Positions 39,739 through 50,054 are shown, counted from the stretch's first letter. The stretch is 64,000 nucleotides of DNA from an uncultured Nitrososphaerales archaeon (GCA_963706445.1 OY970160.1:800001-864000); one strand, 5' to 3'. Notes: generated by a model not told the origin, from the letters alone. Program-made: numbers and translations.

Positions 39739-40887
39739 CTATTCCACGAATGGACTAGGATAGTCGAGGATGACCCGGGATACCTCGGGCCTCATGAACT
39801 CCTTCGGCGGGGTCTCCCCCGCCTGGAACATCTTCCTTAGCTTGGTCCCGCTGAACGTGAGACGGTCCGACTCAGGGTGAGGGCAGATCTTCTCGCTGGC
39901 GATGCCCCCACACCTGTTGCAATAGAAGAACTCCTTGAAGAAGACAGGCTCAATCCCTAAGTCAGGGAACTCCTTGAAGATTTCCTGGGCGGCGTAGGGG
40001 CCGTAGTAGTTGCCCACTCCAGCGTGGTCCCTTCCTATGGCGATGTGAGTGCAGCCAAAGTTCTTTCTCATTATTGCGTGCATGATGGCCTCCTTAGGAC
40101 CGGCATACTGCATCTCGTAGCGGAGGACGCTCAATACGACCGAGTTAGCTGGATAGTAGTTCTTCACCAGGGCCCTATTGGTGTCCAGTATTACGTCGTC
40201 CTTGAAATCCCCTGATTTCTTCTTGCCTATGACCGGATTGATGAAAATACCGTCGGCGAAGGTCAACGCTGTTTTCTGAACGTATTCGTGTCCGATGTGG
40301 GGGGCGTTCCTCGTCTGGAAGGCAACAATTTCTTTCCACCCCCTCTGCCTGAACAGGAACCTCGTCTCCCTTGGGCTCAGAGTGAAGTCCGCGAACTGGT
40401 CGTCGGGCCGTGCGACCACCTGGGTAAGCTTGCCAGCGACCACCACCTCAGAGGATTCGTAGAGCTTTGCCACGCCCGGGTGAGCGGCATCTTCGGTCCC
40501 ATAGACTCTATTCGCGAATTCCTTCTTCGATATCTTATAGCTCTCGCTGAATTCGAGGATGGCGATCGGAGCGCCCGCTTCATCAACCAACGTCACCTCG
40601 TCTCCTGAGGCCCCCTTGAAGTCTGCCGGGACATGGAGGAGGATGGGGATGGTCCACGGGGTGTCGTCATTGAGGCGCATGGAGCCGATGACGCCGTGGT
40701 AGTCTGCTTCGGCCATGAAGCCGTCGAGGGGACTCAGAATCCCGGAGGCGATGTTGTGGACCGTCGTCCTGGTCTCGTCGTCGACCATTATCTTGGGTGC
40801 CGATGCTATTTCCCTAAGCCTCGTATCAGACGGAGAAGTTTCCTTTATGGTGAGCAGCCGGCCACCGTGAGGGAGCGGGTAGGCCAT
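39739..40887 (-). CDS. sat: sulfate adenylyltransferase (ATP sulfurylase)
   Basis: PHGGRL, SPLDGFM, HPGV, AFQTRNAPHIGHE, YAGPKEA, GRDHAGVG, SGTKLR, MRPEV. Confidence 0.98.
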   Translation of the reverse strand: MAYPLPHGGRLLTIKETSPSDTRLREIASAPKIMVDDETRTTVHNIASGILSPLDGFMAEADYHGVIGSMRLNDDTPWTIPILLHVPADFKGASGDEVTLVDEAGAPIAILEFSESYKISKKEFANRVYGTEDAAHPGVAKLYESSEVVVAGKLTQVVARPDDQFADFTLSPRETRFLFRQRGWKEIVAFQTRNAPHIGHEYVQKTALTFADGIFINPVIGKKKSGDFKDDVILDTNRALVKNYYPANSVVLSVLRYEMQYAGPKEAIMHAIMRKNFGCTHIAIGRDHAGVGNYYGPYAAQEIFKEFPDLGIEPVFFKEFFYCNRCGGIASEKICPHPESDRLTFSGTKLRKMFQAGETPPKEFMRPEVSRVILDYPSPFVE

Positions 40888-40902
40888 GCTTTCCCCTGGT
40901 CC

Positions 40903-41139
40903 TTAGATGTAGCCAAGCTTCAAGAGACGGGCCCTGATTTCCTCAGAGTCAGGATCGGAGGACCCCTTCTGGTCCTCTGCTTCGCGGAAAGCTATGGCCC
41001 CCCTGAGCAGTTTCGCAACCTCATCCGAAAGGTTTTCCCTATTGAATCCGATGTGATCCAAGTCAACCAGCTTCCTTACCAATGGAGCAGGTAGTTTGAC
41101 CAAGACTTCCTGGGCGCTATCAGAAATCTGATCGGACAA
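40903..41139 (-). CDS. RHH-like small protein with C-terminal RLLKLGY tail
   Basis: VLVKLPAPLVRKL..LSDEVAKLLR..DSEEIRARLLKLGYI; 15 bp upstream of sat; start trimmed to TTG. Confidence 0.7.
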   Translation of the reverse strand: MSDQISDSAQEVLVKLPAPLVRKLVDLDHIGFNRENLSDEVAKLLRGAIAFREAEDQKGSSDPDSEEIRARLLKLGYI

Positions 41140-41402
41140 CTGTTTTTGCCCGCACTTCCGGCTATATTTGCTTAACTGAATGATTTCATTCGTTAGTATA
41201 TATTTCGGCCCATTTTGCTTATCATCCCGGCCATGGACACGAAAGAAGGCGTCGCAATCTTGGAAGGGCTTCAATTCAAACGGTCCCTGACTCTCGCAAC
41301 TTCGTAATACATTCTCTCGTTTGGATTCAGCTTCATAGGTTTCGTCTCTCAGCACCCTACGATCCATTTCATGAGTATTCGCTACGCCAAAGGATAGAAG
41401 GG

Positions 41403-41850
41403 TTGGGCGGCCACCTCCTGTTTGGGGCCATGGCAGCGGCGCCTTTTCTGACCGCCTAGAGCCTCTTGGGGGGAGCCTTTGCCGTAGGCATCGACTCCGA
41501 TCACAAATTGGGGGCCCTCCACTTGAACGTGAGCTCCAGGCCAGACCACTCGATCACCTTTGCCATCTATGCCACCCTCATCATGTGGCTATATGCAAAG
41601 AGACTCAGCTCCAAGAAGCAGGGGTTGCCCGCCTTGAGAGTTGCCATCTTGGTGCCAATTTCAATGTTGTCGCACCTGTCCTACGATGTATTTGCGGCAT
41701 ATCAGGTCTTCAACAGCGTAGGCTCCTCTTTTCCAATCGTCGCCCCTACAAGCTTCTCCTTGGTCTGATTTCCGTACTGGGCTTGGGTTCCACCGGAGGC
41801 ATCTGCAATGCTTTCGTCTGCAATCCTGGTCTCCAGGTTGCACCTTGGTC
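41403..41850 (+). pseudogene. disrupted YdjM-like membrane metal-dependent hydrolase
   Basis: one frame reads GGHLLFG..TA*SL..IDSDH..RPDHS..LSHLSYD..LV*FPYW; stops at 41457 (TAG) and 41766 (TGA). Confidence 0.55.
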
Positions 41851-42001
41851 CTCATTCTTCTGCCCCAAGATGGAAGGGTCAGCCTGAGTTTCGGGGAGCC
41901 CTCTCCCCTTCCATATACTTGATGCCATCTACAGGAACTGTAATCACATTCTATGTTTTCGCTCCACAAGTGGTATTATTCCTCGAACGTCGTTTTGCTA
42001 G

Positions 42002-44758
42002 GTGAGCCGCACTGCCCAGTCGAAGGCTGCCCTGGCGGTAACCCTGGTCCTCCTGTGTTCAGCGGCGGCGACGTTCCTTCCGGTTTCAAACGCAACAGGC
42101 TCAGGACCCGGCTCCCTTACAGGGGTGTCTGGGCTCGAGAGCTATTTCACCAACCTCTGGAACCCCAACGAGGGCCTGATCTCAGTCGGGACCCAGACAA
42201 GCTGCAACGGGGCCTGCGGCGGAGTCCAATTCGCGTTCAGGAACGGGACCGCGGCGCCCATCTTCCCCCCTGGTCTTCGCTTCCTACCCCTGGAGAATTG
42301 GGCCGATGCCGCTGCGTTCCAGGGCCTGGGCTTCCGGCCGGACATCTACACGGCCATCTACAACTCCCTCCAGGGCCTCGAAACCTCGGTAGCCTGGAGT
42401 CCGCCCAACAACCGCGAAGCGCAATGGGGCTATATCATCTCCTACGGCAAACCGAACACGAACATCGCCTTCACTACCCCCCAGGGGAAGAACTTGAAGG
42501 TTCCCGGCACAGGTGAGCAATTGCAGCTCGACCAAGCCCTCCCTTGGAACACCGCCGCACAGTCGTTGATCCCCTTCGACTCGAACCCAAACAACGCCAG
42601 GGGGTGCGGCCAATTCATTGACGAGACAATGTTCCAGGCAATGAACTTCTACATCAGAGGAGACACGCCCGACGCCAAGGCCAACCTTCAGTGCATTGCG
42701 AATCAGCTGGCGTTAAACTCTGACGGCTCCGTGCTGATTGGCCCATCTCCCGCAAGGGGTATGTACCTAGGTACCTTCCTTGAAGCCGCTGAGGTAATCG
42801 GAACCCCAGTCATGCCCTCGGGGATAACGCTCGCGTCCGTCCAGAACACGATATGGTGCCTCCAGAACTCCGATGGGGGGATTTCAAGGTCGTATTCAGC
42901 CTGCAACTCATCTTCTTCCACAAACCTCGGATCCGACGACGAGACCACCAACGCAGCCCTTCTCGCATTCTCACCGGGAGTAATTGCAAACGTCAAGGCC
43001 ATTGCCGCCTCTGGCATATACAACCTCCAGTCAGTCCCGGCAATCACCCCCCAGCTCGGCGGGGGGTCCGGGACGACGACCACGACGACAAGCGCGAGCA
43101 GTTCCTCCAGCTCGACCTCCTCGGGGTCAACTAGTACTACGATGTCCACCACCACGTCCTCTTCGTCAATCCAGACGAATTCTACAACTTCCACTACCTC
43201 AGCCACGTCGACCTTGACAACAGGTACGAGCATCTCGACATCTTCTGCGACGGTCACTACCTCGTACAGGAGCACCACCACCAAGTCGACTGACACAGCG
43301 TCCAATCCCAATGGAGGGTCATATTCGCTCCAGATCGTCGGCGGGTGCTCGGTCTCAGGGGAAGGCACCTATGCGTCCGGCCAGACGGCCACAGTCACCA
43401 GCCTGGGGGTCTGCGGGCGTGACAACGGCACAGGATCCAGGGTCGTATCCTGGTCTTTAGACGGCGGTACCGAGCAGTCCGTGTCATTCCTGGGGCAGAT
43501 TGTGTTCTCTGTGCTGATGAACCAGAATCAGGTCATCACATTCAACGACGTCGTTCAACACCAGCTGACCCTCGACTATGGAGCCAGCATCTCGCTTCTT
43601 TCAATAACCCCTCCCTCCATCAAAGGAGACAACTATTGGTACGACTCCGGTCAGGCCGTAGCCTTCACTGGCCGGGCGCTCTCAGGCGCGACCCAGGTGG
43701 TGGGATGGAGTATCGACGACGGACCTCTGGCTCCGATCAGCGAGGGTTCACAATTCACAGTGACAATCCCGAACATGAACGTCAGCCACGTGATTCACGT
43801 GGCCATATCGACCTCGTCGAATGGGTGCGGCACTTCGAGCTCCTGCAATAATTCTCCTCCGGCCGTGGTGTACTTCGACACAAACGAGCCTGGCAACGTC
43901 ACAATCTCGGTCGACGGAGTCCCCTACCCCGCAACCGTGTCCTTCTCTTGGCCGATCAGCTCGAGTCACATCGTCAACGCCCCTACGCCGCTCCAGTCCT
44001 CAGCATCGAAGGCGACTTTCTCAGGTTGGCAGGGGACGGTCAACTCGACGGACCCATCGCTCCGCTTCATGGTGAACGGTACCACAAGACTGTCACTAGA
44101 GTACCGAGTGCAATACATGGTAAGACTATCATTCGATGACTACGCAGGGAACCAGGTATCTCCTGACAACGTTACCCTCGATGGGGCCAGCTCCTCGGTC
44201 ACCCTGCCGTCTAATTACACTGCATGGCTGAACTATGGAAGCAAGTACATACTGGCATCGGCGGTCTGGCAGGGGACCGAAGTCGCCGGGACCTCGGCAA
44301 CGGATGAGTTCGTCGTCGATGCGGCCTCGCAATATGTACTTCCGCTCATGATCTATCCCCAGACGATCAAGGTAGAGGATCCATACAGTCTCCCCCTGGC
44401 CGGTGTCAGCGTCCAGATCTCCACCGTGGGGGGTCAGATTCTCACCTCACTGACCGACTCCGGAGGCGTGGCGACATTCGACGTGCCCCTCGGGGTGTAC
44501 TATGCCACCGCGGACTTCCTCGGGATATCAAGCACGGTGTGGCAGGGGACCGTCGGGAGTCATACACTGACTCTCACAATCTATCTCAGCTACGCCGTCC
44601 TGGGTACGATGATCCCACTGGTCATCCTCCCGATCCTCCTTCTCATACGCCACAGGCGCAACCAGGTCAAGGTCGTCCACGAAATATGGTTCCGGAGAGG
44701 GCCGTCTCGCGCCTCCAATCAGAGGCCCCGACCTGTCGCTACAAACGGCACAGACTAG
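42002..44758 (+). CDS. surface protein: alpha/alpha-barrel-like domain, S/T linker, beta repeats, TM anchor
   Basis: N-terminal domain paralogous to 48741-50054; a GDNYWYDSG repeat shared with 11049-13892; C-terminal TM followed by RHRR. Confidence 0.85.
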   Translation: MSRTAQSKAALAVTLVLLCSAAATFLPVSNATGSGPGSLTGVSGLESYFTNLWNPNEGLISVGTQTSCNGACGGVQFAFRNGTAAPIFPPGLRFLPLENWADAAAFQGLGFRPDIYTAIYNSLQGLETSVAWSPPNNREAQWGYIISYGKPNTNIAFTTPQGKNLKVPGTGEQLQLDQALPWNTAAQSLIPFDSNPNNARGCGQFIDETMFQAMNFYIRGDTPDAKANLQCIANQLALNSDGSVLIGPSPARGMYLGTFLEAAEVIGTPVMPSGITLASVQNTIWCLQNSDGGISRSYSACNSSSSTNLGSDDETTNAALLAFSPGVIANVKAIAASGIYNLQSVPAITPQLGGGSGTTTTTTSASSSSSSTSSGSTSTTMSTTTSSSSIQTNSTTSTTSATSTLTTGTSISTSSATVTTSYRSTTTKSTDTASNPNGGSYSLQIVGGCSVSGEGTYASGQTATVTSLGVCGRDNGTGSRVVSWSLDGGTEQSVSFLGQIVFSVLMNQNQVITFNDVVQHQLTLDYGASISLLSITPPSIKGDNYWYDSGQAVAFTGRALSGATQVVGWSIDDGPLAPISEGSQFTVTIPNMNVSHVIHVAISTSSNGCGTSSSCNNSPPAVVYFDTNEPGNVTISVDGVPYPATVSFSWPISSSHIVNAPTPLQSSASKATFSGWQGTVNSTDPSLRFMVNGTTRLSLEYRVQYMVRLSFDDYAGNQVSPDNVTLDGASSSVTLPSNYTAWLNYGSKYILASAVWQGTEVAGTSATDEFVVDAASQYVLPLMIYPQTIKVEDPYSLPLAGVSVQISTVGGQILTSLTDSGGVATFDVPLGVYYATADFLGISSTVWQGTVGSHTLTLTIYLSYAVLGTMIPLVILPILLLIRHRRNQVKVVHEIWFRRGPSRASNQRPRPVATNGTD

Positions 44759-44905
44759 AGTCCAGGGACGAATTCTTCCCCTCTCCGCAGGAGGGGAAGC
44801 CAAAGGCCGGCCAATATGGGGCATCACAGTCAGTTAAGCGGTAACAAGGGGGGGAGATATTCCGCAGAGGTTAAAAGCCACTCAGGCCCCTGGATTCAAT
44901 AGGCT

Positions 44906-46459
44906 TTGTCCCGGCAAAACGCGCTCCGTACTGTTACACTTGTCGCTATCGCTCTATTGGTCTCCAACTCCATCGGCGGCGTAGCAGTCGCTTCAACGGT
45001 TCGCAACGGCAATGGGCTTCTGGTCACTCCGAGCGCCTACGACTGGCCGATGCTTGGCCATGACCCTGCCCACTCGGCGAGCGTAGTAGAACCGGGGCCA
45101 TACACCGGCAATGAGCTGGCAAAGGCGAACCTGAGGAGCCCCGTGATAACCTCCCCTGCGGCCGCGAACTCGAGCATCTTCGTAATAGCGGGCCAGAGCC
45201 TGAAGGCGCTCAATACCAGTGATCTCTCGCCCTTCTGGAGCAAGTCGTTGGGGACCGTGTCATATTCCTCACCTGCGGTCTCTGGCTTCGACGTATACGT
45301 AAACGAGGAGAACGGGACCATCCTGGCCGTCAACGGTGCCACCGGGTCGACAGATTGGAGGCTCAAGACATCCTACACGTTCAGGTCTTCACCAACTATC
45401 CAAGGAAGCTATCTCTTTGCATCCGATTACGGGGGGACCCTCATAGCTGTCAGCCTCATCACAAAGTCGATCGTCTGGAAGTATTCCATCCCTTCAATGG
45501 TCGTAACCTCACCGGCTGCCAACGGAGCGGTTGTGGCTGTGGGCGGAGCCAACGGTGTTGAATACTTTATCGGAGAATCGACGGGGACCCTATACTGGAG
45601 CGTGACGACGGGCGGCCCGATCTCATCTTCGGCCTCATTCAACGGGGCGAACGCTTACTTTGGAAGCAACGACAGCAAGGTGTACGCCGTCGACACAAAC
45701 GCCAAGAAACTAACCTGGACCTTTGCAACTTCGGGGCACGTACTCAGCACTCCTGTTTATGCCGACGGTAACGTCTACGTCGCGTCTATGGGCGGGAGCG
45801 TATACGCGCTCGATGCCGCGATCGGTGCAAGCATATGGTCATTCAACACAGGGCCTGTCTCATCCAACATCGCTCTGGCCGAAGGGACGTACAAGGCGCT
45901 CCTTCCAACCTTCGTCCCAATGCTTTACGTGGAGTCGACGTCCGGCGTCCTCCGAGGCTTGGACAGGCTTACTGGAGCTTCCGTCTGGAGCTTGAGCCTC
46001 GTAGGGGGAGGCGGCGGTAATCCGATTGTTGCCTACACCAAAGTGTATGCGAGTTCTGGGGATTATTTGGTGGAGGTAGGAGCCCTGAGATACGTTACCG
46101 GAGCAGCGACCTTCAACACATCAGGCGTTTACACAAACACGTTTAGTTCCACATCCACAGTTCTATTGGCCGCAAACGCTGCCTGGGGCAAGTTCGGGCT
46201 AAACCACACCTACGTTACAGTTTACGCTCCAGGGAAGGGCACGAACATACTCCTCACTAATGCAACACTGACCTTCATGCCCGGAAGCAGCAACTACAAC
46301 CTAGTCTTCTACCTCAACCTGGCTTCGTATTCTAACTTGAAGCATGGGACCTACAAGATCCTCGTGGCCCTTGAGGACGGGAATCCGAAGTTCACCTCAA
46401 AGAACCCAAGGTGCTGCGGCTGGGTGGACTTCAAAGCCAACTTCACAGTTACCTCATAG
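44906..46459 (+). CDS. secreted PQQ-type (BamB-like) beta-propeller repeat protein
   Basis: DWPMLGHDPAHS; repeated SSP..VY..VYALD..G..W. Confidence 0.88.
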   Translation: MSRQNALRTVTLVAIALLVSNSIGGVAVASTVRNGNGLLVTPSAYDWPMLGHDPAHSASVVEPGPYTGNELAKANLRSPVITSPAAANSSIFVIAGQSLKALNTSDLSPFWSKSLGTVSYSSPAVSGFDVYVNEENGTILAVNGATGSTDWRLKTSYTFRSSPTIQGSYLFASDYGGTLIAVSLITKSIVWKYSIPSMVVTSPAANGAVVAVGGANGVEYFIGESTGTLYWSVTTGGPISSSASFNGANAYFGSNDSKVYAVDTNAKKLTWTFATSGHVLSTPVYADGNVYVASMGGSVYALDAAIGASIWSFNTGPVSSNIALAEGTYKALLPTFVPMLYVESTSGVLRGLDRLTGASVWSLSLVGGGGGNPIVAYTKVYASSGDYLVEVGALRYVTGAATFNTSGVYTNTFSSTSTVLLAANAAWGKFGLNHTYVTVYAPGKGTNILLTNATLTFMPGSSNYNLVFYLNLASYSNLKHGTYKILVALEDGNPKFTSKNPRCCGWVDFKANFTVTS

Positions 46460-46654
46460 ACGGATCTTGACTGACCGCACTGGCGCACCTGCACAATTGA
46501 CGCTCGCTGAAACTACTTCCCTCGCACTACGGTTATGGCGAAGATTCTCTTTCGCTTTCGGTTCCCTAAGCAAGCGGGTCGGCTGAGCACTTCGCCACCG
46601 CTGAGAGAATTGAATACCTTCGTTTCACGTTGAGGACTTCCCAGAATATGGAGG

Positions 46655-48145
46655 ATGGAGGGCAAATGTTCCACAACGGCTTTTAACGTCGCGGAACAGT
46701 GTCGCTTCATCTTGGAGGGGTCGCGTCCGATTTTTCGCGCCAAGGGACTCAGGAATGCTCTCTTATTGTCTGTCGCTTCGCTTCTCGTCCTCTCCCCCGG
46801 AGTCATTTCTGCCGCTCCTCCTCCTGCCCTGACCTTTGCTCCAATCCAGAACCTCAGCAACGATTCAGGTCTGGCAACGTCTCCCGTGGTTGCCTCGGTC
46901 AACAACGGAGTCCACCAATACGTGTACGTGGCATGGATGGACGAGACCCCTGGCAAGTTTACGACGTTCTTCACCGTGAGCGTGGATGGGAAAGCCTTCG
47001 GCATAACCAGAGAATTCACCGGACTGGGGGGGCCCGCCAATCCCAACACGAGCGGAGTCCAAATGGCCGCTTCGGGGCAATATGTGTATCTCACTTGGAA
47101 ACAGGGGAAAGCAACAGCATACGCGACAAGCTCTGACAACGGTGGCCATTTCGCTTCGGGGCTGCTCTCGTCAGGGACCGCCCCCGGGCAGTCCAGCGCC
47201 TCTCCGGCGGGGGTCATGACAGCCCAGGCGGTTGCAACCAACGGGACGAGCGCTTACTTCACGTGGAGCGACGATGAGACAGCCACCGGCAACGGGACCA
47301 TCCAATTCGTAGCAACACATGATGGCGGGGCGCACTTCACCTCACCGGTGCAGATCAACACGGGGGAGTCTGGTCGTCACAGGGCGGTTGAGGATGAGTT
47401 GGCCGCGGTTGGAGACTACGTTTATGCGGTTTGGGACAGTATCTGGTTCACGTCAAGCGCACTTGGCGGGGTGGGTAGCACTTGGCAGAACCCGCTTTTC
47501 CTGAAGCCAGCGAGTTGCGTCTTGCCTTGCATCGGCAGGGAGCCCATGATATCGGCCAACGGAACAAACGTCTACGTGACTTTCCCAATGGGAGGGGCAC
47601 ATGGCGTGTCCTCCTACAGTGTGGAAATCGCAGTCAGCCACAACAACGGGAAGACATTCGCACCGGCTATGGACATCAGCGGTCCGACTCTCACGAATAC
47701 CAGGGAGGATCAAGTCGTCTCCTACGGAATGGATGTCTATGTTACCTCAAGGGGGACGCCGATGGGCTCTTCGACCACGGAGCAATATGCGTACGTCTCG
47801 ACGGACAGCGGGAACACCTTCTCAGCTCCCATAGCGCTTGCCTCTCCGCCGCTTTCAGGCCCCGAGAACGGGATAGGTGGGCTCGCGCTTGACCATTCCA
47901 ACGGAGACGTTTACATCCAATGGGTCCATGGCTCGCTATCACAGGTGTACATCAGCGAGAGCGTTGATAGAGGGTCGACATGGAGCTCCGCCCAACAGGT
48001 GAGCGCCTCGGTCTCCGGAGTAATTGCGATGGGCGATCCTCACGGTGGGCAAGGACCCATGGCTGCAGCTTACGGGGGCCATGTCTATGTCGTGTGGGAG
48101 GATATGACGACTGGGAACGGCGACATCTACTTCACCTCAACCTAG
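46655..48145 (+). CDS. secreted BNR/Asp-box beta-propeller protein
   Basis: SSDNGGHF, THDGGAHF, SHNNGKTF, STDSGNTF, SVDRGSTW; the true start is probably downstream. Confidence 0.8.
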   Translation: MEGKCSTTAFNVAEQCRFILEGSRPIFRAKGLRNALLLSVASLLVLSPGVISAAPPPALTFAPIQNLSNDSGLATSPVVASVNNGVHQYVYVAWMDETPGKFTTFFTVSVDGKAFGITREFTGLGGPANPNTSGVQMAASGQYVYLTWKQGKATAYATSSDNGGHFASGLLSSGTAPGQSSASPAGVMTAQAVATNGTSAYFTWSDDETATGNGTIQFVATHDGGAHFTSPVQINTGESGRHRAVEDELAAVGDYVYAVWDSIWFTSSALGGVGSTWQNPLFLKPASCVLPCIGREPMISANGTNVYVTFPMGGAHGVSSYSVEIAVSHNNGKTFAPAMDISGPTLTNTREDQVVSYGMDVYVTSRGTPMGSSTTEQYAYVSTDSGNTFSAPIALASPPLSGPENGIGGLALDHSNGDVYIQWVHGSLSQVYISESVDRGSTWSSAQQVSASVSGVIAMGDPHGGQGPMAAAYGGHVYVVWEDMTTGNGDIYFTST

Positions 48146-48460
48146 GGGTGCCCCTTCTACCACTTGGGGGTCTAGGGCAAGAAAAGGGCCCCTACGTCCC
48201 CTAATCATAGCGCACCGGACGCCTGATATTCCGTGACTTATGCATTCTTCGTGTCATTTAAGCCCATGTTCAACGGCTCGTTATGACTACTCGTGATACG
48301 ACCTTCGTTTCTTATCCGGCTAGGCTTACCCTAACCAGTTTGGCCAGGAACCGGATCAACGTTCCTAGGGTCACATCCGGGCTCCTTCGTCGTTCCTATG
48401 GTCGTCCAAATCTCCTAGCTGTCTCATGAAGCCGACCTAGAGTTGTCGTAGGGTCGGGCC

Positions 48461-48661
48461 TTGCTCGCACTTGTGAAGGCGTTGGGGCCGAACTACGTCG
48501 CCCTGAGGGCCGACCAGTTCGCATTGGTCTACCAACAGTATACAGGCAAGAGCGCTCCCGCGAATGGAGTCAACTCCACAGCGGGTCTTCCGATGTCTGT
48601 TCCTGCCTCCTTCGTGAATGTGGCAGAGTCCGCCAAGGCCGTGGCCGTGAAGCTCACCTAG
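48461..48661 (+). pseudogene. probable gene remnant
   Basis: coding-like fragment (ALGPNYVALRADQF) without a convincing start. Confidence 0.25.
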
Positions 48662-48740
48662 TGGAACGGTCTTTAGGCGACGCACTTACGGACGAGTCAC
48701 TTCAGGAAAGAGCTGAGAGCCCGTAGGAGGCAATTTGGCA

Positions 48741-50054
48741 TTAGATGCCGATCTGGGGCGTCACCGTGGGGATTGAGGTAAGGTTGAACACCCGAGAAGC
48801 TCCTTCCTGTTGTATGTCCAGTATTACTCCCGGCGAATAGGCGAGCAAAGCTGCGTTTGTCGTTTCATCATCGCTGCTCAGGCACGTGCTAACGCAAGAA
48901 GACACATCACTGTATTGGCGAGCAATCCCGCCGTCAGGCTGCTGGATTCCCCACAAGGTGCCTGCTATCGCGGATATGGAACAGCCCGCCTTCAGGCCAG
49001 GACTCCCGATGACCTCGACCGCCTCGAGGAAGACCGACAGGAACATCCCTCTATAGGGAGCGGCGCCGAAGCCCACCGAACCGTCCGAGTTGACGGTGCA
49101 CATGTCCGCCATCCATTGAAGATTCGACATGGCATCCTTCGAATCCCCTCTCAGGTAAAGGTTGAGCGCCTGGAACCCGGCTTCATCGAACATAGACATG
49201 CTGTTGTTCGTGGCTTCGCTCAGGTTGAACTCCCCAGGAATCCAAGACTGTGTCGCAGCGTTCCATCTCGCGGCTTGGTCATAGGCTATCGAAATGCCGT
49301 TGAGAGTGGGAAGGGGGGGGCCACCCGAACCAGTAAAACAGATGTTCGTGTTTGCCTTCGATGACGAGACGATGTATCCCCACTGGGACTCTCTGTTGTC
49401 GGCAGGCCTCCATTCCACCGTGGCCTCTAGGATTTGCAGGTGAGAGTAGATCGAGCCAACGATGGCTGGTTGTACCCCAATGCCCTGGAACGCTGCTGCC
49501 ACCGCCCAGTTCTCATTGGGGAGAAACCGGTATGCCGGGGCAACAATCGGACACGGGCTACCGTCCATGTAGTAGAATTGTACTCCACCGCAGGTCTCAT
49601 TGAGCTTGTCACATGTGCCTTCGGTGCCGACCGAAATTAGCCCCTCCTGAGGGTTGAATTTGGTCGTGAAGTAGGAGATGGCCATGTCCAGCGGTCCTTG
49701 GGGAGCGATTAGGCAGGACGGGCAGCCATTGGTCCCTGAGGTGACAGTAGTTACAAATGTCGTCGTGAAGGAGGTAGAGGCCGTGGTATGAGTAATAGTC
49801 CTGGTTCCAATACTTGTCCCGGTGGTGGTAGAGGTGTTTCCCCCGCTGGCAGGTCCCGACAGGTAAAGGGAGGCAAAGATCGAGATCACTATGATGGACA
49901 TCAGAAGGACCATCGTTATCCACCGGTGGCCCTGATAGAACCTATGCCATCGCTTGCCTCGAAAGAACCGACGCCAGTCCAATCCTAACTTGAAATGGGC
50001 CGACCCGCAGATTAAGGTTGCCTTAAGTTGACGGATACATTCACTCAAATGCAT
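48741..50054 (-). CDS. membrane-anchored alpha/alpha-barrel-like protein (paralogue)
   Basis: N-terminal TM, T-rich linker, NRESQWG, WGIQQPDGGI, DDETTNAALLA; start uncertain. Confidence 0.8.
   Translation of the reverse strand: MHLSECIRQLKATLICGSAHFKLGLDWRRFFRGKRWHRFYQGHRWITMVLLMSIIVISIFASLYLSGPASGGNTSTTTGTSIGTRTITHTTASTSFTTTFVTTVTSGTNGCPSCLIAPQGPLDMAISYFTTKFNPQEGLISVGTEGTCDKLNETCGGVQFYYMDGSPCPIVAPAYRFLPNENWAVAAAFQGIGVQPAIVGSIYSHLQILEATVEWRPADNRESQWGYIVSSSKANTNICFTGSGGPPLPTLNGISIAYDQAARWNAATQSWIPGEFNLSEATNNSMSMFDEAGFQALNLYLRGDSKDAMSNLQWMADMCTVNSDGSVGFGAAPYRGMFLSVFLEAVEVIGSPGLKAGCSISAIAGTLWGIQQPDGGIARQYSDVSSCVSTCLSSDDETTNAALLAYSPGVILDIQQEGASRVFNLTSIPTVTPQIGI

Noticed and set aside
39739-40887. 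Dissimilatory or assimilatory sulfate reduction
   Set aside because: No aprAB, dsrAB, cysH or sulfite reductase is in the window. They cannot be excluded elsewhere in the genome.
41403-41850. Pyrrolysine or selenocysteine read-through of in-frame stops
   Set aside because: Mixed TAG and TGA stops and a decayed 5' end fit ordinary pseudogenisation better.
44906-46459. PQQ-dependent dehydrogenase
   Set aside because: Only the propeller repeats are seen; catalytic motifs are not recognisable and no pqq genes are present.
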